Below, piece after piece: positions 19,018 to 29,333 of a DNA stretch of 51,706 nucleotides. Every line of letters starts with the position of its first letter. Position 1 is the first letter of the stretch. Location: NCBI GenBank assembly GCA_002327885.1, contig DCUS01000125.1, forward strand, positions 1-51,706, given 5' to 3'. The notes under the pieces are model-generated. The model had not been told where the DNA came from and searched no databases. It worked only from the letters and a program-made list of their open reading frames with translations. This stretch comes from Syntrophaceae bacterium UBA2208. Lineage in GTDB: Bacteria; Desulfobacterota; BSN033; UBA1163. The position numbers and the translations under genes were made by a program.

Positions 19018-19983
19018 TTAACCTTCCGATTCTGACAAGGGAAATGATCCGGCCTCTGAAACCATTTTTTCATACAACCGCTCGGCATCTTCCCTCCGGC
19101 ACAGCTCTGTGCCCGGCGTCATGACGGCAGCGGCGCCGGCTGCCACTCCGAAAAGAACAGAATCCCGAAGCGTTTTCCCCTGTGCCAGGCTAAGGACAAT
19201 ACCGGCCACCATGCTGTCCCCGGCCCCGACCTTGCTGACAATCGGCACGGTCGGCGGCAGGATATGTTCGATGACATCTTCTAACACCATCAGGGCACCT
19301 GCCGAACCGAGAGAAATAATTAGCACTTCGCACCGACCACTTTTTACCATCTTTCGAGCCTCAATCTTTATCTGCGATTCCTCTTTGATATCCTTCCCGA
19401 TCAAGTCTCTGAATTCACGGACATTGGGCTTAATGAGATAGACGCCTTCCTGAAGGGCGCGGTTAAGGGCATCGCCGGAGGCATCAATGATAACTTTTGT
19501 TCCCTTTTCCTCTCCTGTGCGCGCCACCCTTGCATAAAAATCGGATGGCACGCCGGGAGGGAGACTTCCGCTCGCAACCAGGTAATCGGGTCTTGGACTG
19601 ATAGTTGACAACTCATCGAGGCACCGTTCCCATTCTTCATTGCTCAGAGCCGGACCCGGCATTCCAAAGCGAAATTGTTGGCCGGTGGATTCCTCCAGCA
19701 CAACAAGACTCTCCCGGATCATTCCTTCTATGGGAACCGGCCGGTGGCTTATTTCTTCCCGTTCCAGGAGATCCTTGAGTCTGTATCCTGTCAGGCCCCC
19801 TGCGGGATAGAGGAGCAACGATTCCCCTCCAAGCTTTTTTATCGCCCGGGCAACATTAACACCCCCACCCCCGGGTTCATAGTATGGAGCTTTGCAGTAC
19901 AGTTTACGCTCGGCAATGACATGATCAACACTTGAACTCTTGTCGATTGCCGGGTTCATTGTAAACGTAACGATCGTTTTCAT
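19018..19983 (-). CDS. pfkB: PfkB-family sugar-phosphate kinase (6-phosphofructokinase II / 1-phosphofructokinase type)
   Basis: MKTIVTFTMNPAIDKSS...EPGGGGVNVARAI and the C-terminal GAGDSMVAG motif. I moved the start to ATG 19983 behind a GGGGGG RBS (the track ORF begins at 20079). Confidence 0.75.
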   Translation of the reverse strand: MKTIVTFTMNPAIDKSSSVDHVIAERKLYCKAPYYEPGGGGVNVARAIKKLGGESLLLYPAGGLTGYRLKDLLEREEISHRPVPIEGMIRESLVVLEESTGQQFRFGMPGPALSNEEWERCLDELSTISPRPDYLVASGSLPPGVPSDFYARVARTGEEKGTKVIIDASGDALNRALQEGVYLIKPNVREFRDLIGKDIKEESQIKIEARKMVKSGRCEVLIISLGSAGALMVLEDVIEHILPPTVPIVSKVGAGDSMVAGIVLSLAQGKTLRDSVLFGVAAGAAAVMTPGTELCRREDAERLYEKMVSEAGSFPLSESEG

Positions 19984-20195
19984 TGATACCCCCCGTTCCT
20001 TTGCCCGAACATTTTCTCCAAAATAGCCTCCGGTCGGGAGGCCGGCCTTAATGAAACGGGCATCATTATCCTTCGACAATGCCCACGGCCTTGAGTTTAA
20101 CGAAAGGCCCTTGCCGTTAGACCGATCTCTTATTTTCTAACCAAACTCCATTTTTTGTTCAGCCGTAAGAGACCTTCCCTGTTCCGATATGGGGC

Positions 20196-21209
20196 CTACT
20201 TTCGACCCTTCGATGTGACATTCCTGGGCTCACCGCGGGAAAAAGAAGCGATGTTGTCAACGGTTGTGCTTAAGATGCGTTCTACAGCCTCCCGGGTGTT
20301 GAATGCGCTGTGCGGGGTAATGATCACATTACGAAGACGCAACAGGATGTGATTGAACAGCAGGGTTTCAAGATCATATTTTTTATGATATACCGAATGC
20401 AACAATTCCGCCTCTTCACGGATTACGGACTCTTCGGGCAGTACATCGAGCCCCGCTGCAGCCACCTTGCCGTCGGCAATTGCCTTTACAAGTGCTTTTA
20501 CGTCAACTATGTCACCGCGGGCAGTATTGATCAAGACCACGCCGTCTTTCATCTTTGCAAAGGCCTCACCGGAAATAAGATTACGTGTCTTCTCATTGGA
20601 AGGGACATGAAGAGTGATTATGTCGGATGTCGCCAAAAGCTCATCCATTGTCACATAGCGGAACCCCAGCTTTGACGCCAGTTGCTCGTTCTGCTTCACG
20701 TCACAGGCTACGACATTCATGCGAAACCCTTTTGCTATTTCGATAACACACTGGCCGATGCTCCCGGTTCCGATAACGCCCAGTGTTTTGCCGAGGAGAT
20801 CGAATCCTTGAAGGCCTGTCTGGGAAAAATCCCCCCTCCGTGTCCGGTCGACCGCTGCAACCAAATTGTGGCTGATTGCAAGAAGGAGTCCAAAGACGTG
20901 CTCTGCAACCGTATTGTCTCCATATACCGGCACGTTGCAAACGGTTATGTTATTTCCTTTGCAATACTCAAGATCGATATGATCGAACCCGGTTGACCGG
21001 GTGGCGACCAGCTTTACACGGCCCAAGTGTTTGAGCACTCCGGCGGAAAGATCCGAATAGATGAAAGGCGCCACGATGTCTGCGTCCGCATATTGCTTCA
21101 CATTATCCATGGTAAGCAATTCATTTACGAATTCAATCTCATGCTCCGTCTTCAGTTGTTCAAAAGCACGGCGCTCCCATTCCTCCACCTCAAAAACGAT
21201 AATCTTCAT
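20196..21209 (-). CDS. D-isomer-specific 2-hydroxyacid dehydrogenase (D-lactate dehydrogenase-like)
   Basis: NAD-binding GVIGTGSIGQ, and catalytic-region motifs LINTARG and ITPHSAF. ATG 21209 lies 7 nt after AGGAGG. It is adjacent to a lactate permease. Confidence 0.8.
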   Translation of the reverse strand: MKIIVFEVEEWERRAFEQLKTEHEIEFVNELLTMDNVKQYADADIVAPFIYSDLSAGVLKHLGRVKLVATRSTGFDHIDLEYCKGNNITVCNVPVYGDNTVAEHVFGLLLAISHNLVAAVDRTRRGDFSQTGLQGFDLLGKTLGVIGTGSIGQCVIEIAKGFRMNVVACDVKQNEQLASKLGFRYVTMDELLATSDIITLHVPSNEKTRNLISGEAFAKMKDGVVLINTARGDIVDVKALVKAIADGKVAAAGLDVLPEESVIREEAELLHSVYHKKYDLETLLFNHILLRLRNVIITPHSAFNTREAVERILSTTVDNIASFSRGEPRNVTSKGRK

Positions 21210-21253
21210 CAGCAAACCTCCTAAAAAAATTCTTTATCTAAATGGAGTCTGGC

Positions 21254-22834
21254 CTAAATAGTGCATCGCGATAACCACAATGTGACAAACCCTCCCAGAG
21301 TCGAATAGATCGCACAAGCCACAATGGTTCTCCCCAGAATCTTCCCCTCCTGGCCGGTTAATCCTACCGTTGCCCCGCCGGCAATAATATTATGCGGGCA
21401 AATGATGTTGCCTGCAGCGGCCCCAAATCCCTGCGCCCCAACCATGGTGAGAACAGGCAGGCCCAGATTCCGTGCGACCGTCTGCTGGAAGTCAGTAAAG
21501 AGAATATTTGAAGCTGTAGCTGAACCGGTTACAAATGTGCCGAGGACGCCAATCAGGGAAGAGAACACAGGCCACAACTCCCCCGCTGCATTGGCCGCAG
21601 TTGTGGATAGGATGTCAATCATTCCTGCATGAATCATGATCCGGGAGAGGCTCAGCATGGCGATAAGGGCAATGGTCACGGGTAAGAGCTTTCCGATGGC
21701 CTGTGCCATAGCCATTTTCACATCAGAGATGGTTGCGCGCTGCAAGAATGCGCCGGCAAGAAACCCAAGGTAAAGCATGCTTCCGGGATGATAAAGAGGC
21801 TCGATCCTGCCACGAAACGTATCTAACAGAACCCATTCCCAGGCAAAAGAGCTGAGAACATCTTTGACCGGAGGGATAAGACGTGTCAGCATGATAAGCG
21901 ATACGGGAATCCAATACGGGGCAGTGATGCGGTACAGGCTTACTGATGTTTTAGTGGTGCGCCCCGGGGAAGGAGCTTTTTCAAGCGTCATATTTTTTCG
22001 GCAGCATAATCTAAAGATCAAGACAAACCCCAATCCACCGAATAATGCCCCGCCGAGCGTGGGCAGCTCCGGTCCGACCCAGCGTGAGATGACAAAAAAA
22101 GGTATAAGAAATAATGCACCCGCCAGCGTTGTCCAGCCCCAAATGGAACTTATCATATCCTTCCTGTCTTCCAGCGACTTTGTAACCATGAACATTGCGA
22201 TAAAAAGCATCACCCAGCCCAAGATCGCATGATAAAACCCGGTCGCTCTTGCCAATTCGAGACCATCAAAGCCTGTCGAAGCAATCTGCGGCAGAATCGG
22301 GGTTCCAACCGCACCAAAAGAGACTCCAACCGAGTGGCCGATAAGGGCCACGGCTACCGAATCAACCGGGCGAAATCCGATGCTCACGAGAAAAGGAGCC
22401 GTCAGCGCAACAGGAGTGCCGAAACCGGCTAATCCTTCACCGAAGAGGGCAAAGAACCAGAAGATGAGCAGGGCTACGATCCGGGGATCTTTTGACAGAG
22501 AGGCTGTTTTTGACCTCACGGTATTTATTGCACCGGTATGAACTTGCAAATGATGAATGCAGAGAGCAGGGAAGAGGATCCACAAGATGGTAGCCGCCGT
22601 AAAGATCGCTTCAGAGAAAGCGCCTCCCATGGCCTGGATTGTACCGATGTCACCGTAGACATCACTTCCGTAGCCAAATCCCAGCCAAGCCAAAAGAATC
22701 GTCACGAACAGACTGATGACACCGGCTCTGGCAGCAGACCATCGGACCACGAGCATGATGATCAAAATGGTGATAATCGGCAGCATTGCGAGGGCTGCCT
22801 TTGTGGTCAAGTCTATCCTTCCACCCCCTGCCAA
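21254..22834 (-). CDS. lctP: L-lactate permease family (LctP) transporter
   Basis: About 520 aa and highly hydrophobic (12 or more helices). Gly-rich segments (GFGTPVALTAPFLV, GAQGFGAAAGNIICPHNI) are characteristic of LctP/GlcA. The start is uncertain (TTG 22834 or ATG 22786). Confidence 0.75.
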   Translation of the reverse strand: MAGGGRIDLTTKAALAMLPIITILIIMLVVRWSAARAGVISLFVTILLAWLGFGYGSDVYGDIGTIQAMGGAFSEAIFTAATILWILFPALCIHHLQVHTGAINTVRSKTASLSKDPRIVALLIFWFFALFGEGLAGFGTPVALTAPFLVSIGFRPVDSVAVALIGHSVGVSFGAVGTPILPQIASTGFDGLELARATGFYHAILGWVMLFIAMFMVTKSLEDRKDMISSIWGWTTLAGALFLIPFFVISRWVGPELPTLGGALFGGLGFVLIFRLCCRKNMTLEKAPSPGRTTKTSVSLYRITAPYWIPVSLIMLTRLIPPVKDVLSSFAWEWVLLDTFRGRIEPLYHPGSMLYLGFLAGAFLQRATISDVKMAMAQAIGKLLPVTIALIAMLSLSRIMIHAGMIDILSTTAANAAGELWPVFSSLIGVLGTFVTGSATASNILFTDFQQTVARNLGLPVLTMVGAQGFGAAAGNIICPHNIIAGGATVGLTGQEGKILGRTIVACAIYSTLGGFVTLWLSRCTI

Positions 22835-22890
22835 CGATCATGTCCGGCAGCAATTCAATCAGAAATTTCTCTATCCAGTGTTTCCATTCC

Positions 22891-25293
22891 TCATTTTTCC
22901 CTGAGGAGGTCAAAGGTCAAGGCTTCCCCAGGATTGAATTTGTACACCTTTCCCTGGAATCCGACTTTGGTTGCATGCAGCTCGCCCTTGCCCGAGGCGA
23001 TGGTCATGGACTCCGGCGTCGCGGTGATATCGAACCAGTTGCCCCTGTATTTGATTCTCATGGAGAGTTTCGGCAACCCCTGCGGGATGCTCGGATTGAA
23101 AAAGAGAATGTCGTCATGAAACTCCAGTCCCGTATAGCAGCGCTGCAAAATGTCTACGGTTCCTGCCATGGCGCCCAGATGAATACCTTCGTGCGTCGTG
23201 CCGCCCTGAATGTCCGAGACATCACTCTCCAGTGCCTTCTGGAAAAGCTCCCAGGAACGTGGACGGTCTGATCTGGCCAGAACCCAGGAATGGACGATGT
23301 TGCTCAGCGTTGACCCGTTGGAGCTTCTCTTCAGATAATATTTTATGTTCTCCGGTATACACTCCGGATCGAAATCGTATCCCATCTCTTTGAAGAGCTC
23401 ATGCAGTTCCTCCGAAGAGAACAGATAAAAGAGCATGAGGATATCAGCCTGCTTTGAAGCCTTATAACGATTGACGCTATCTCCTTCCGCCTCGAGAATG
23501 CGGTCGAGGCGCTGGATGTCGCCATATTTCTTTTGGTATCCCTCCCAGTCAAACTCCATTAACTGATCGTATCCCTCGAACTGGCTAATGATTCCCTCTC
23601 CATGAAATACCACGCGCATTTTCCCGATGATTTCTTCCCAGCGATCGATCTCTGATTGTTCCAGTCCCAATGTCTCCTGGAGGTCCTGCCTCCTTTCCGG
23701 CGGAAGAACACCGAGCGCCTTGAGCGCAGTCCGCAGCACATAGACGGTCATCACATTGGTGTAGGCATTGTTGTTGAGGCCGGGTTTTTCCGACTCCGGA
23801 TAGGCATCATGATATTCATCGGGTCCCATAACCCCGAGGATTTCGTAGCGCTCAAGTTCCCTGTTGTAGGTGGTGAGGCCCGCCAGGAACCTGGCAATCT
23901 CCAGAATCATCTCCGCACCGTAGGTCGAAAAGAATTCCACGTCTCCGGTTGTTTTGAAATATTGCCAGACGTTGTAGGCAATGGCGGCATTGACATGTCG
24001 CTGCAGATGGGTGTTGTCCGGCAGCCAGCGGCCCGATTTCGGGTTCAGATGGAGCTGCTGGGTTTCTTCCCTTCCATTGCTTCCGCTCTGCCAGGGATAG
24101 AGCGCACCCTTCACCCCTTCCTCCTGGGCGGCAAGCCGCGATCGGTTTAACCGCCTGTACCGGTAAAGAAGCAAAGACCTCGTGAGCATAGGAATTCTCA
24201 GATTGAGATAGGGAAAGATGAAGAGCTCGTCCCAGAAGATATGTCCTCTGTATGCCTCTCCGTGCCAGCCCCGTGCGGGAACACCGATGTCCAGATCGAT
24301 GGAGTTCCTCGAAACGGTCTGAAGCAGATGAAAGATATGCAGCCGCAGGATCGTCTGAGCCCGGTCATTGTCCGTGAGCCGGATGTCGCATCTGTCCCAC
24401 AGGTGATCCCATTGCAGGATGTGGCTCTGAAGCAGTTCGTCAAAATTCCCTGCATGCCTGACAGCCGCCACCGCATCCAGTGCAGGCTCGGAAATGGCAA
24501 AATCCCTGGAGGTATAAAAGGAAACGGTCTTTTCGATCTTCACGGGTTTATTCTGCACCCCATCGACAAAAAACTCCTGTGCAATATATCCGGGTTGCTC
24601 GATAAGTTTCCTTTCAACTTCTATGGGTTCATCATCAAGAAAAACACGCACCCTTGCGGCCTCAGCCACACGGACAAATGATTGATTGGTCTGAACGAGC
24701 AGATAAACTATATCATCGCTGACTCTTCCACTTTTCACGGGCTCAAGATGCTTGCTGTTAAGCTGTTTATATCGTTCCACTCCCGCATTGATGACGGCTC
24801 CATCGAGCGCGGAATGGATTTGAATCCGTCCTGTCCAATTCTCCGGTATGACGGTTATTTCAAGCCCGGCCAGATGCATAGTTGCGATATGCACGAAACG
24901 TCGCTCAATGACGGTCGTCTCGCGTTTCTGTTTATCTCTGAATCTCACTCTTCTTGAGAGAACGCCCTCTTTTATATTGAGTTCCTGGCGATAGGAAAGG
25001 ATCTCAACGGACATCAGATTGAACCAATCCTCTCCCTCGGGCCTACACCTCGTGAGCAGCCAGTTGGGCATATTGACCAGATCTTCATTTTCGACCACAC
25101 GGCCTGCGATGTCTGTCTTCAGCCGGTTATATCCTCCGGCAAGATAAGTGCCCGGATAATGAATCTCATCCGTTTCAGATTCAGGCGCCGCCCCGCGTGT
25201 TGCGAAATATCCGTTTCCAAGGGTGCAGAGCGCCTCCCGCAGGCTTTCTTTGGATGGTTCAAATCCTTCATAGACGAGTCTCCAGTGATTCAT
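22891..25293 (-). CDS. GH65-family glycoside phosphorylase (kojibiose/trehalose/trehalose-6-P phosphorylase type)
   Basis: The N-terminus MNHWRLVYEGFEPSKESLREALCTLGNGYFATRGA, the catalytic region GWHGEAYRGHIFWDELFIFP and ...GGTTHEGIHLGAMAG are typical GH65. ATG 25293 lies behind AGGAGG and overlaps the upstream stop (ATGA). Confidence 0.85.
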   Translation of the reverse strand: MNHWRLVYEGFEPSKESLREALCTLGNGYFATRGAAPESETDEIHYPGTYLAGGYNRLKTDIAGRVVENEDLVNMPNWLLTRCRPEGEDWFNLMSVEILSYRQELNIKEGVLSRRVRFRDKQKRETTVIERRFVHIATMHLAGLEITVIPENWTGRIQIHSALDGAVINAGVERYKQLNSKHLEPVKSGRVSDDIVYLLVQTNQSFVRVAEAARVRVFLDDEPIEVERKLIEQPGYIAQEFFVDGVQNKPVKIEKTVSFYTSRDFAISEPALDAVAAVRHAGNFDELLQSHILQWDHLWDRCDIRLTDNDRAQTILRLHIFHLLQTVSRNSIDLDIGVPARGWHGEAYRGHIFWDELFIFPYLNLRIPMLTRSLLLYRYRRLNRSRLAAQEEGVKGALYPWQSGSNGREETQQLHLNPKSGRWLPDNTHLQRHVNAAIAYNVWQYFKTTGDVEFFSTYGAEMILEIARFLAGLTTYNRELERYEILGVMGPDEYHDAYPESEKPGLNNNAYTNVMTVYVLRTALKALGVLPPERRQDLQETLGLEQSEIDRWEEIIGKMRVVFHGEGIISQFEGYDQLMEFDWEGYQKKYGDIQRLDRILEAEGDSVNRYKASKQADILMLFYLFSSEELHELFKEMGYDFDPECIPENIKYYLKRSSNGSTLSNIVHSWVLARSDRPRSWELFQKALESDVSDIQGGTTHEGIHLGAMAGTVDILQRCYTGLEFHDDILFFNPSIPQGLPKLSMRIKYRGNWFDITATPESMTIASGKGELHATKVGFQGKVYKFNPGEALTFDLLREK

Positions 25294-26861
25294 GCCGACC
25301 TCCTGCACAAAGGGATCAGTTTAAGCAGAAACTTACGGACTTCATCAGGATTCTTCAGGCTGTAAGCGGCTGCCGTCTCATAGGGTTTATCCCAGACCAC
25401 GATCCCGATCCCCCGTCCCTTCAGCGCTCTGAATGCGTCTTCATCGGTTACATCATCACCGATGTAAAAAGGCAGAACATTTTCTCCGTCGAGCTTCAAT
25501 GTGCGGAGCAAAGAGAGCAATGCCTTTCCCTTGTGCCAGTCGGTATCGGGCTGAAGCTCGAATATCTTTTTCCCGTAAGCCTTTCTGAGCTCCGGATGTC
25601 TTGCCGCAACTTCATCGACAACCTTCTCAACCCTTTCCACCTTCCCGGGATCTACGAGCCGGTAATGGATGGCAATGGCGAATTTTTTCCGCTCCAAGAG
25701 CATGCCCTGGATCGAGCCGAGTTCCTGAGAGAGCTCCTTCTCTGCCCTGTCAAGGACAGGAAGAAATTCCATCCCGATCTGATTTTCGACCTGCAACCCG
25801 CTCGGCCCTGCAATATCAAAGCCATGGCTTCCGGCATAGACGATGGAGTCAATCCGCACCTTGTCCCTGACATCCTCGAGGTCGCGGCCGCTGATGATCC
25901 CAACCGGGCAATGACGGGAAAGCTCGATCACGGCGGCCCGCATGTCTTCCCGCATGACCGCCTGGTCCGGGGTTTCGACGATGGGGGTAAGCGTGCCGTC
26001 ATAGTCGAGAAAGACCGCGATCCGTTTCTCTTCGGTCTCGCGGGAAATTGTCTCGAAGTCGTCCAGGGCGGAGGGGAGTGATTCCTCAGGTTCAAGATCA
26101 CTTGTGACGCAAATTTCGGAGAGGTCCTCAACGGCCACATCGGCTCCGTTGGCTAACAGGGTCTCTCTGTCGCCTGTTCGGGCAATTCCGATCACCAGCC
26201 CGAATTTCCCTGCCCGGCCGGCCTGGACGCCGGAAATGGCATCCTCAATCACCACCGCCCGCTCCGGTTTCACCTTTAATTGCCGGGCTGCCTCAATGAA
26301 AATATCCGGGGCCGGTTTCCCCGAAATCCCCAACATTTCGGAATCAACCCCGTCCACCCTCACGTCAAAAAGATCCGAAAGATTCACGGAATCCAGGATC
26401 ATGGCGCAGCTTTTACTCGATGAAATGATGGCTGTTTTCAGTCCACGCTTTTTTATGCTGTGAATTAAGTCTACGGTCGATTCGTATACCTCTGCGCCGT
26501 GCTCCTGAATCTGCTTCAGGAAATCGTCATTCTTCCGCTTGCCCAGGCCATGAATCGTTTCTGCCTCTGGCGGGTCCTCCAGCCGGCCCTCGGGCAGTTC
26601 GATCCCCCTTGACTCGAGGAAACTCCTCGCCCCGTCGAGCCGGGGTTTTCCATCCACATAGAGACGGTAATCATTGTCCATGTCAAACGGCTGGCATGGA
26701 ATCTCTTTGCTGGCGGCATGCCGGGAGAGAAAGTCATCGAACATCCTTTTCCAGGCGGCCGCATGCACCGATGCGGTATCCGTGACCACGCCGTCCAGAT
26801 CAAAAATGACCGCCTCAAAATCGACCGCCGGTATCGCAAGGGGGGTTTTTCCTTTAACCAT
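25290..26861 (-). CDS. Two-HAD-domain fusion: beta-phosphoglucomutase-like domain + trehalose-6-phosphate phosphatase (OtsB-like) domain
   Basis: The N-terminal half has AVIFDLDGVVTDT...VIEDAISGVQAGRAG (beta-PGM type). The C-terminal half has IAVFLDYDGTLTPIV...FYIGDDVTDEDAF (T6PP type). I set the start to ATG 26861 behind AGGAGGTGGAAA. Confidence 0.8.
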   Translation of the reverse strand: MVKGKTPLAIPAVDFEAVIFDLDGVVTDTASVHAAAWKRMFDDFLSRHAASKEIPCQPFDMDNDYRLYVDGKPRLDGARSFLESRGIELPEGRLEDPPEAETIHGLGKRKNDDFLKQIQEHGAEVYESTVDLIHSIKKRGLKTAIISSSKSCAMILDSVNLSDLFDVRVDGVDSEMLGISGKPAPDIFIEAARQLKVKPERAVVIEDAISGVQAGRAGKFGLVIGIARTGDRETLLANGADVAVEDLSEICVTSDLEPEESLPSALDDFETISRETEEKRIAVFLDYDGTLTPIVETPDQAVMREDMRAAVIELSRHCPVGIISGRDLEDVRDKVRIDSIVYAGSHGFDIAGPSGLQVENQIGMEFLPVLDRAEKELSQELGSIQGMLLERKKFAIAIHYRLVDPGKVERVEKVVDEVAARHPELRKAYGKKIFELQPDTDWHKGKALLSLLRTLKLDGENVLPFYIGDDVTDEDAFRALKGRGIGIVVWDKPYETAAAYSLKNPDEVRKFLLKLIPLCRRSA

Positions 26862-26895
26862 TTTCCACCTCCTGGAAATCATGAATCGGTATTTC

Positions 26896-29295
26896 CTACT
26901 TCTCTTTTCTCTTTCCTTTCTCCGCTCTCGCCACGTGTCGAATCATCTCTATGACGCTGTCAGGGTTTAAAGAGATCGAATCGATGCCCTCTTTTACCAA
27001 AAAGGTTGCAAATTCAGGATAATCACTCGGTGCTTGTCCGCAGATCCCAACTTTGCAGCGAGCCTTGTGAGCAGATTTGATCAGGTCCTGAATCATTTTC
27101 TTAATGGCTTCGTTTCTTTCATCGAAGAGAGGAGCGAGTTCGGCTGAGTCGCGATCCACTCCTAATACCAGCTGGGTGAGGTCGTTACTGCCGATGGAGA
27201 ATCCATCAAACCGTTTGGCGAATTGATCGGCCAAGATGACGTTCGATGGGATCTCACACATCACATAGACCTGAAGATCATTTTGGCCCCGCTTGAGGCC
27301 ATTCTTCGCTAAGACCTGGAGAACCCGGTCCGCCTCTTCCAAGGTCCTGCAGAAGGGAATCATAATAATGACATTCTTAAGGCCCATTTTCTCTCGAACC
27401 CTTTTAATCGCTTTGCATTCGAGAGCAAAGCCCTCGCGGTAGCGCTTACTGTAATACCGGGAAGCCCCCCGAAACCCGAGCATCGGGTTATCTTCTTTCG
27501 GCTCAAACTCTTTTCCCCCGATGAGATTGGCATATTCATTCGTTTTGAAATCACTCATCCGGACGATCACCGGATCGGGATATTGGGAGGCTGAAATTTT
27601 TGCAATTCCCCGGGAAAGACGGTCGACAAAGTACTCCGTTTTATCTTCATAACCAATGGCCAATTCTTCAATTCGATGATGTGCTTCGCGATCCTCCAAT
27701 TCATCGAAACGGACCAGTGCCATGGGATGAATTTTGATGATGTTATTGATGATGAATTCCATCCTTGCCAGGCCAATCCCTTCGCAAGGTAACCTCCACC
27801 ACCGGAAAGCAGCCGCAGGGCTGGCGATATTCATCATAATTTGTGTTTTCGTCTTTGGAATTTTTTCGAGGCTGACCTCCGATTCCTCATACTTCAAGAT
27901 CCCCTCATAGACGTAGCCCTGATCGCCCTCCGCACAGGAGATCGTTATTTCCTGACCGTCTTTCAGGACTTCTGTTGCTTCTCCGGTCCCCACGATGGCC
28001 GGAATCCCGAGTTCCCGGCTCACAATGGCGGCATGGCAGGTTCGTCCCCCATAGTCTGTCACAATTCCTTTGGCCTTTTTCATAATGGGCACCCAGTCGG
28101 GGTCAGTCATTTCGGTGACCAGGATAGAACCCTCCTTGAACCTTCCAATATGCTCCGCGCTTTTAATCTTGCAGACCTCACCGGCAGCAATGGCCTCGCC
28201 GATGCTCAGACCTGTGAGAAGCCTTTTGCCTCTCTTTTTGAGGCTATACGTCTTGAGTGAGCTCGCCTCCTTCTGAGACTGCACCGTCTCCGGACGGGCC
28301 TGAACAATAAAAAGGTCATCCGTCTCACCATCCTTGGCCCACTCAATGTCCATTGGTTTCTTATAATGTTTCTCGATGACAACGGCCCATCGAGCCAGCC
28401 GCAGGATTTCCCCGTTATTCAAAACGTAGGCCCGGCGTTCCTCTTTGGAGGTATCAATATTTTTAGTGGCTTTGGTTCCTCCCTTGGCGTAGACCATCTT
28501 TTTCTCTTTGCTCCCCACCGTTTTTTCAATGATGGGTTGGAGCCTCTTTTTATCTAACAATGGCTTGAAGACCATGTATTCATCGGGGGTTACCGTGCCC
28601 TGAACCACATTCTCCCCCAACCCCCATGAGGCATTAATGACGGCGACATCCGGAAATCCTGTTTCCGTGTCGATTGAAAACACTACCCCCGCACCGGCCT
28701 TGTCCGAACGGACCATTTTCTGAATGCCCACTGAAAGAGCCACCTTCATGTGATCAAATCCTTTCTCCTCACGATAGGCAATGGCACGATCGGTAAAGAG
28801 CGAGGCATAACATCTTCGGCATGCCTCCAGCAGTTCTTCCTCTCCGGAAATATTTAAGAAGGTCTCCTGTTGTCCTGCGAAGCTCGCCTCAGGAAGATCC
28901 TCGGCGGTCGCACTGCTGCGGACTGCCACATCGACGTCATCGGTCTTATAACGCTTGCATAACTCGGCGTAAGCGTTTCGGATGGCCTCGGAGAGTGCCT
29001 CTGGAAACTCGGCCTTCAAAAAAAGTCTCCGGATGGCCCTGCCGACCTTCTCCAGGGATTTTTCATCTTTCTCGAGATCATCGAGAAGGTTCTCCATTTT
29101 TTCCCGGAGTTGTTCGGCCTCTAACAATTCCCAGTAAGCCTCCGATGTGGTGGCAAAGCCCTCCGGAACGCGAACCCCTTCTTTTTTTAATGACCGGATC
29201 ATCTCCCCCAGGGAGGCATTTTTTCCTCCCACCATAGCGACATCCTTCGAACTCAGGTCTTCAAACCAGCGAATGTAATTATTTTCTTTTGCCAT
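26896..29295 (-). CDS. ppsA: Phosphoenolpyruvate synthase (pyruvate, water dikinase)
   Basis: 799 aa. The N-terminus has the ATP-grasp (VGGKNASLGEM). The phospho-His swivel domain is GGRTCHAAIVSRELGIPAIVG. The C-terminal PEP-utilising TIM barrel has GFSIGSNDLTQL. Confidence 0.9.
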   Translation of the reverse strand: MAKENNYIRWFEDLSSKDVAMVGGKNASLGEMIRSLKKEGVRVPEGFATTSEAYWELLEAEQLREKMENLLDDLEKDEKSLEKVGRAIRRLFLKAEFPEALSEAIRNAYAELCKRYKTDDVDVAVRSSATAEDLPEASFAGQQETFLNISGEEELLEACRRCYASLFTDRAIAYREEKGFDHMKVALSVGIQKMVRSDKAGAGVVFSIDTETGFPDVAVINASWGLGENVVQGTVTPDEYMVFKPLLDKKRLQPIIEKTVGSKEKKMVYAKGGTKATKNIDTSKEERRAYVLNNGEILRLARWAVVIEKHYKKPMDIEWAKDGETDDLFIVQARPETVQSQKEASSLKTYSLKKRGKRLLTGLSIGEAIAAGEVCKIKSAEHIGRFKEGSILVTEMTDPDWVPIMKKAKGIVTDYGGRTCHAAIVSRELGIPAIVGTGEATEVLKDGQEITISCAEGDQGYVYEGILKYEESEVSLEKIPKTKTQIMMNIASPAAAFRWWRLPCEGIGLARMEFIINNIIKIHPMALVRFDELEDREAHHRIEELAIGYEDKTEYFVDRLSRGIAKISASQYPDPVIVRMSDFKTNEYANLIGGKEFEPKEDNPMLGFRGASRYYSKRYREGFALECKAIKRVREKMGLKNVIIMIPFCRTLEEADRVLQVLAKNGLKRGQNDLQVYVMCEIPSNVILADQFAKRFDGFSIGSNDLTQLVLGVDRDSAELAPLFDERNEAIKKMIQDLIKSAHKARCKVGICGQAPSDYPEFATFLVKEGIDSISLNPDSVIEMIRHVARAEKGKRKEK

Positions 29296-29333
29296 TGTTC
29301 CTCCTACTCTCTGATTAAAAATAAAGCTAAAGG

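Noticed and set aside
22538-23271. 193-aa and 161-aa + strand ORFs
   Set aside because: They are antisense to the lactate permease 5' end and the GH65 3' end. Low-complexity products.
25197-26081. 294-aa + strand ORF
   Set aside because: It is antisense to the GH65 / beta-PGM-T6PP junction, and both minus-strand genes have strong family motifs.
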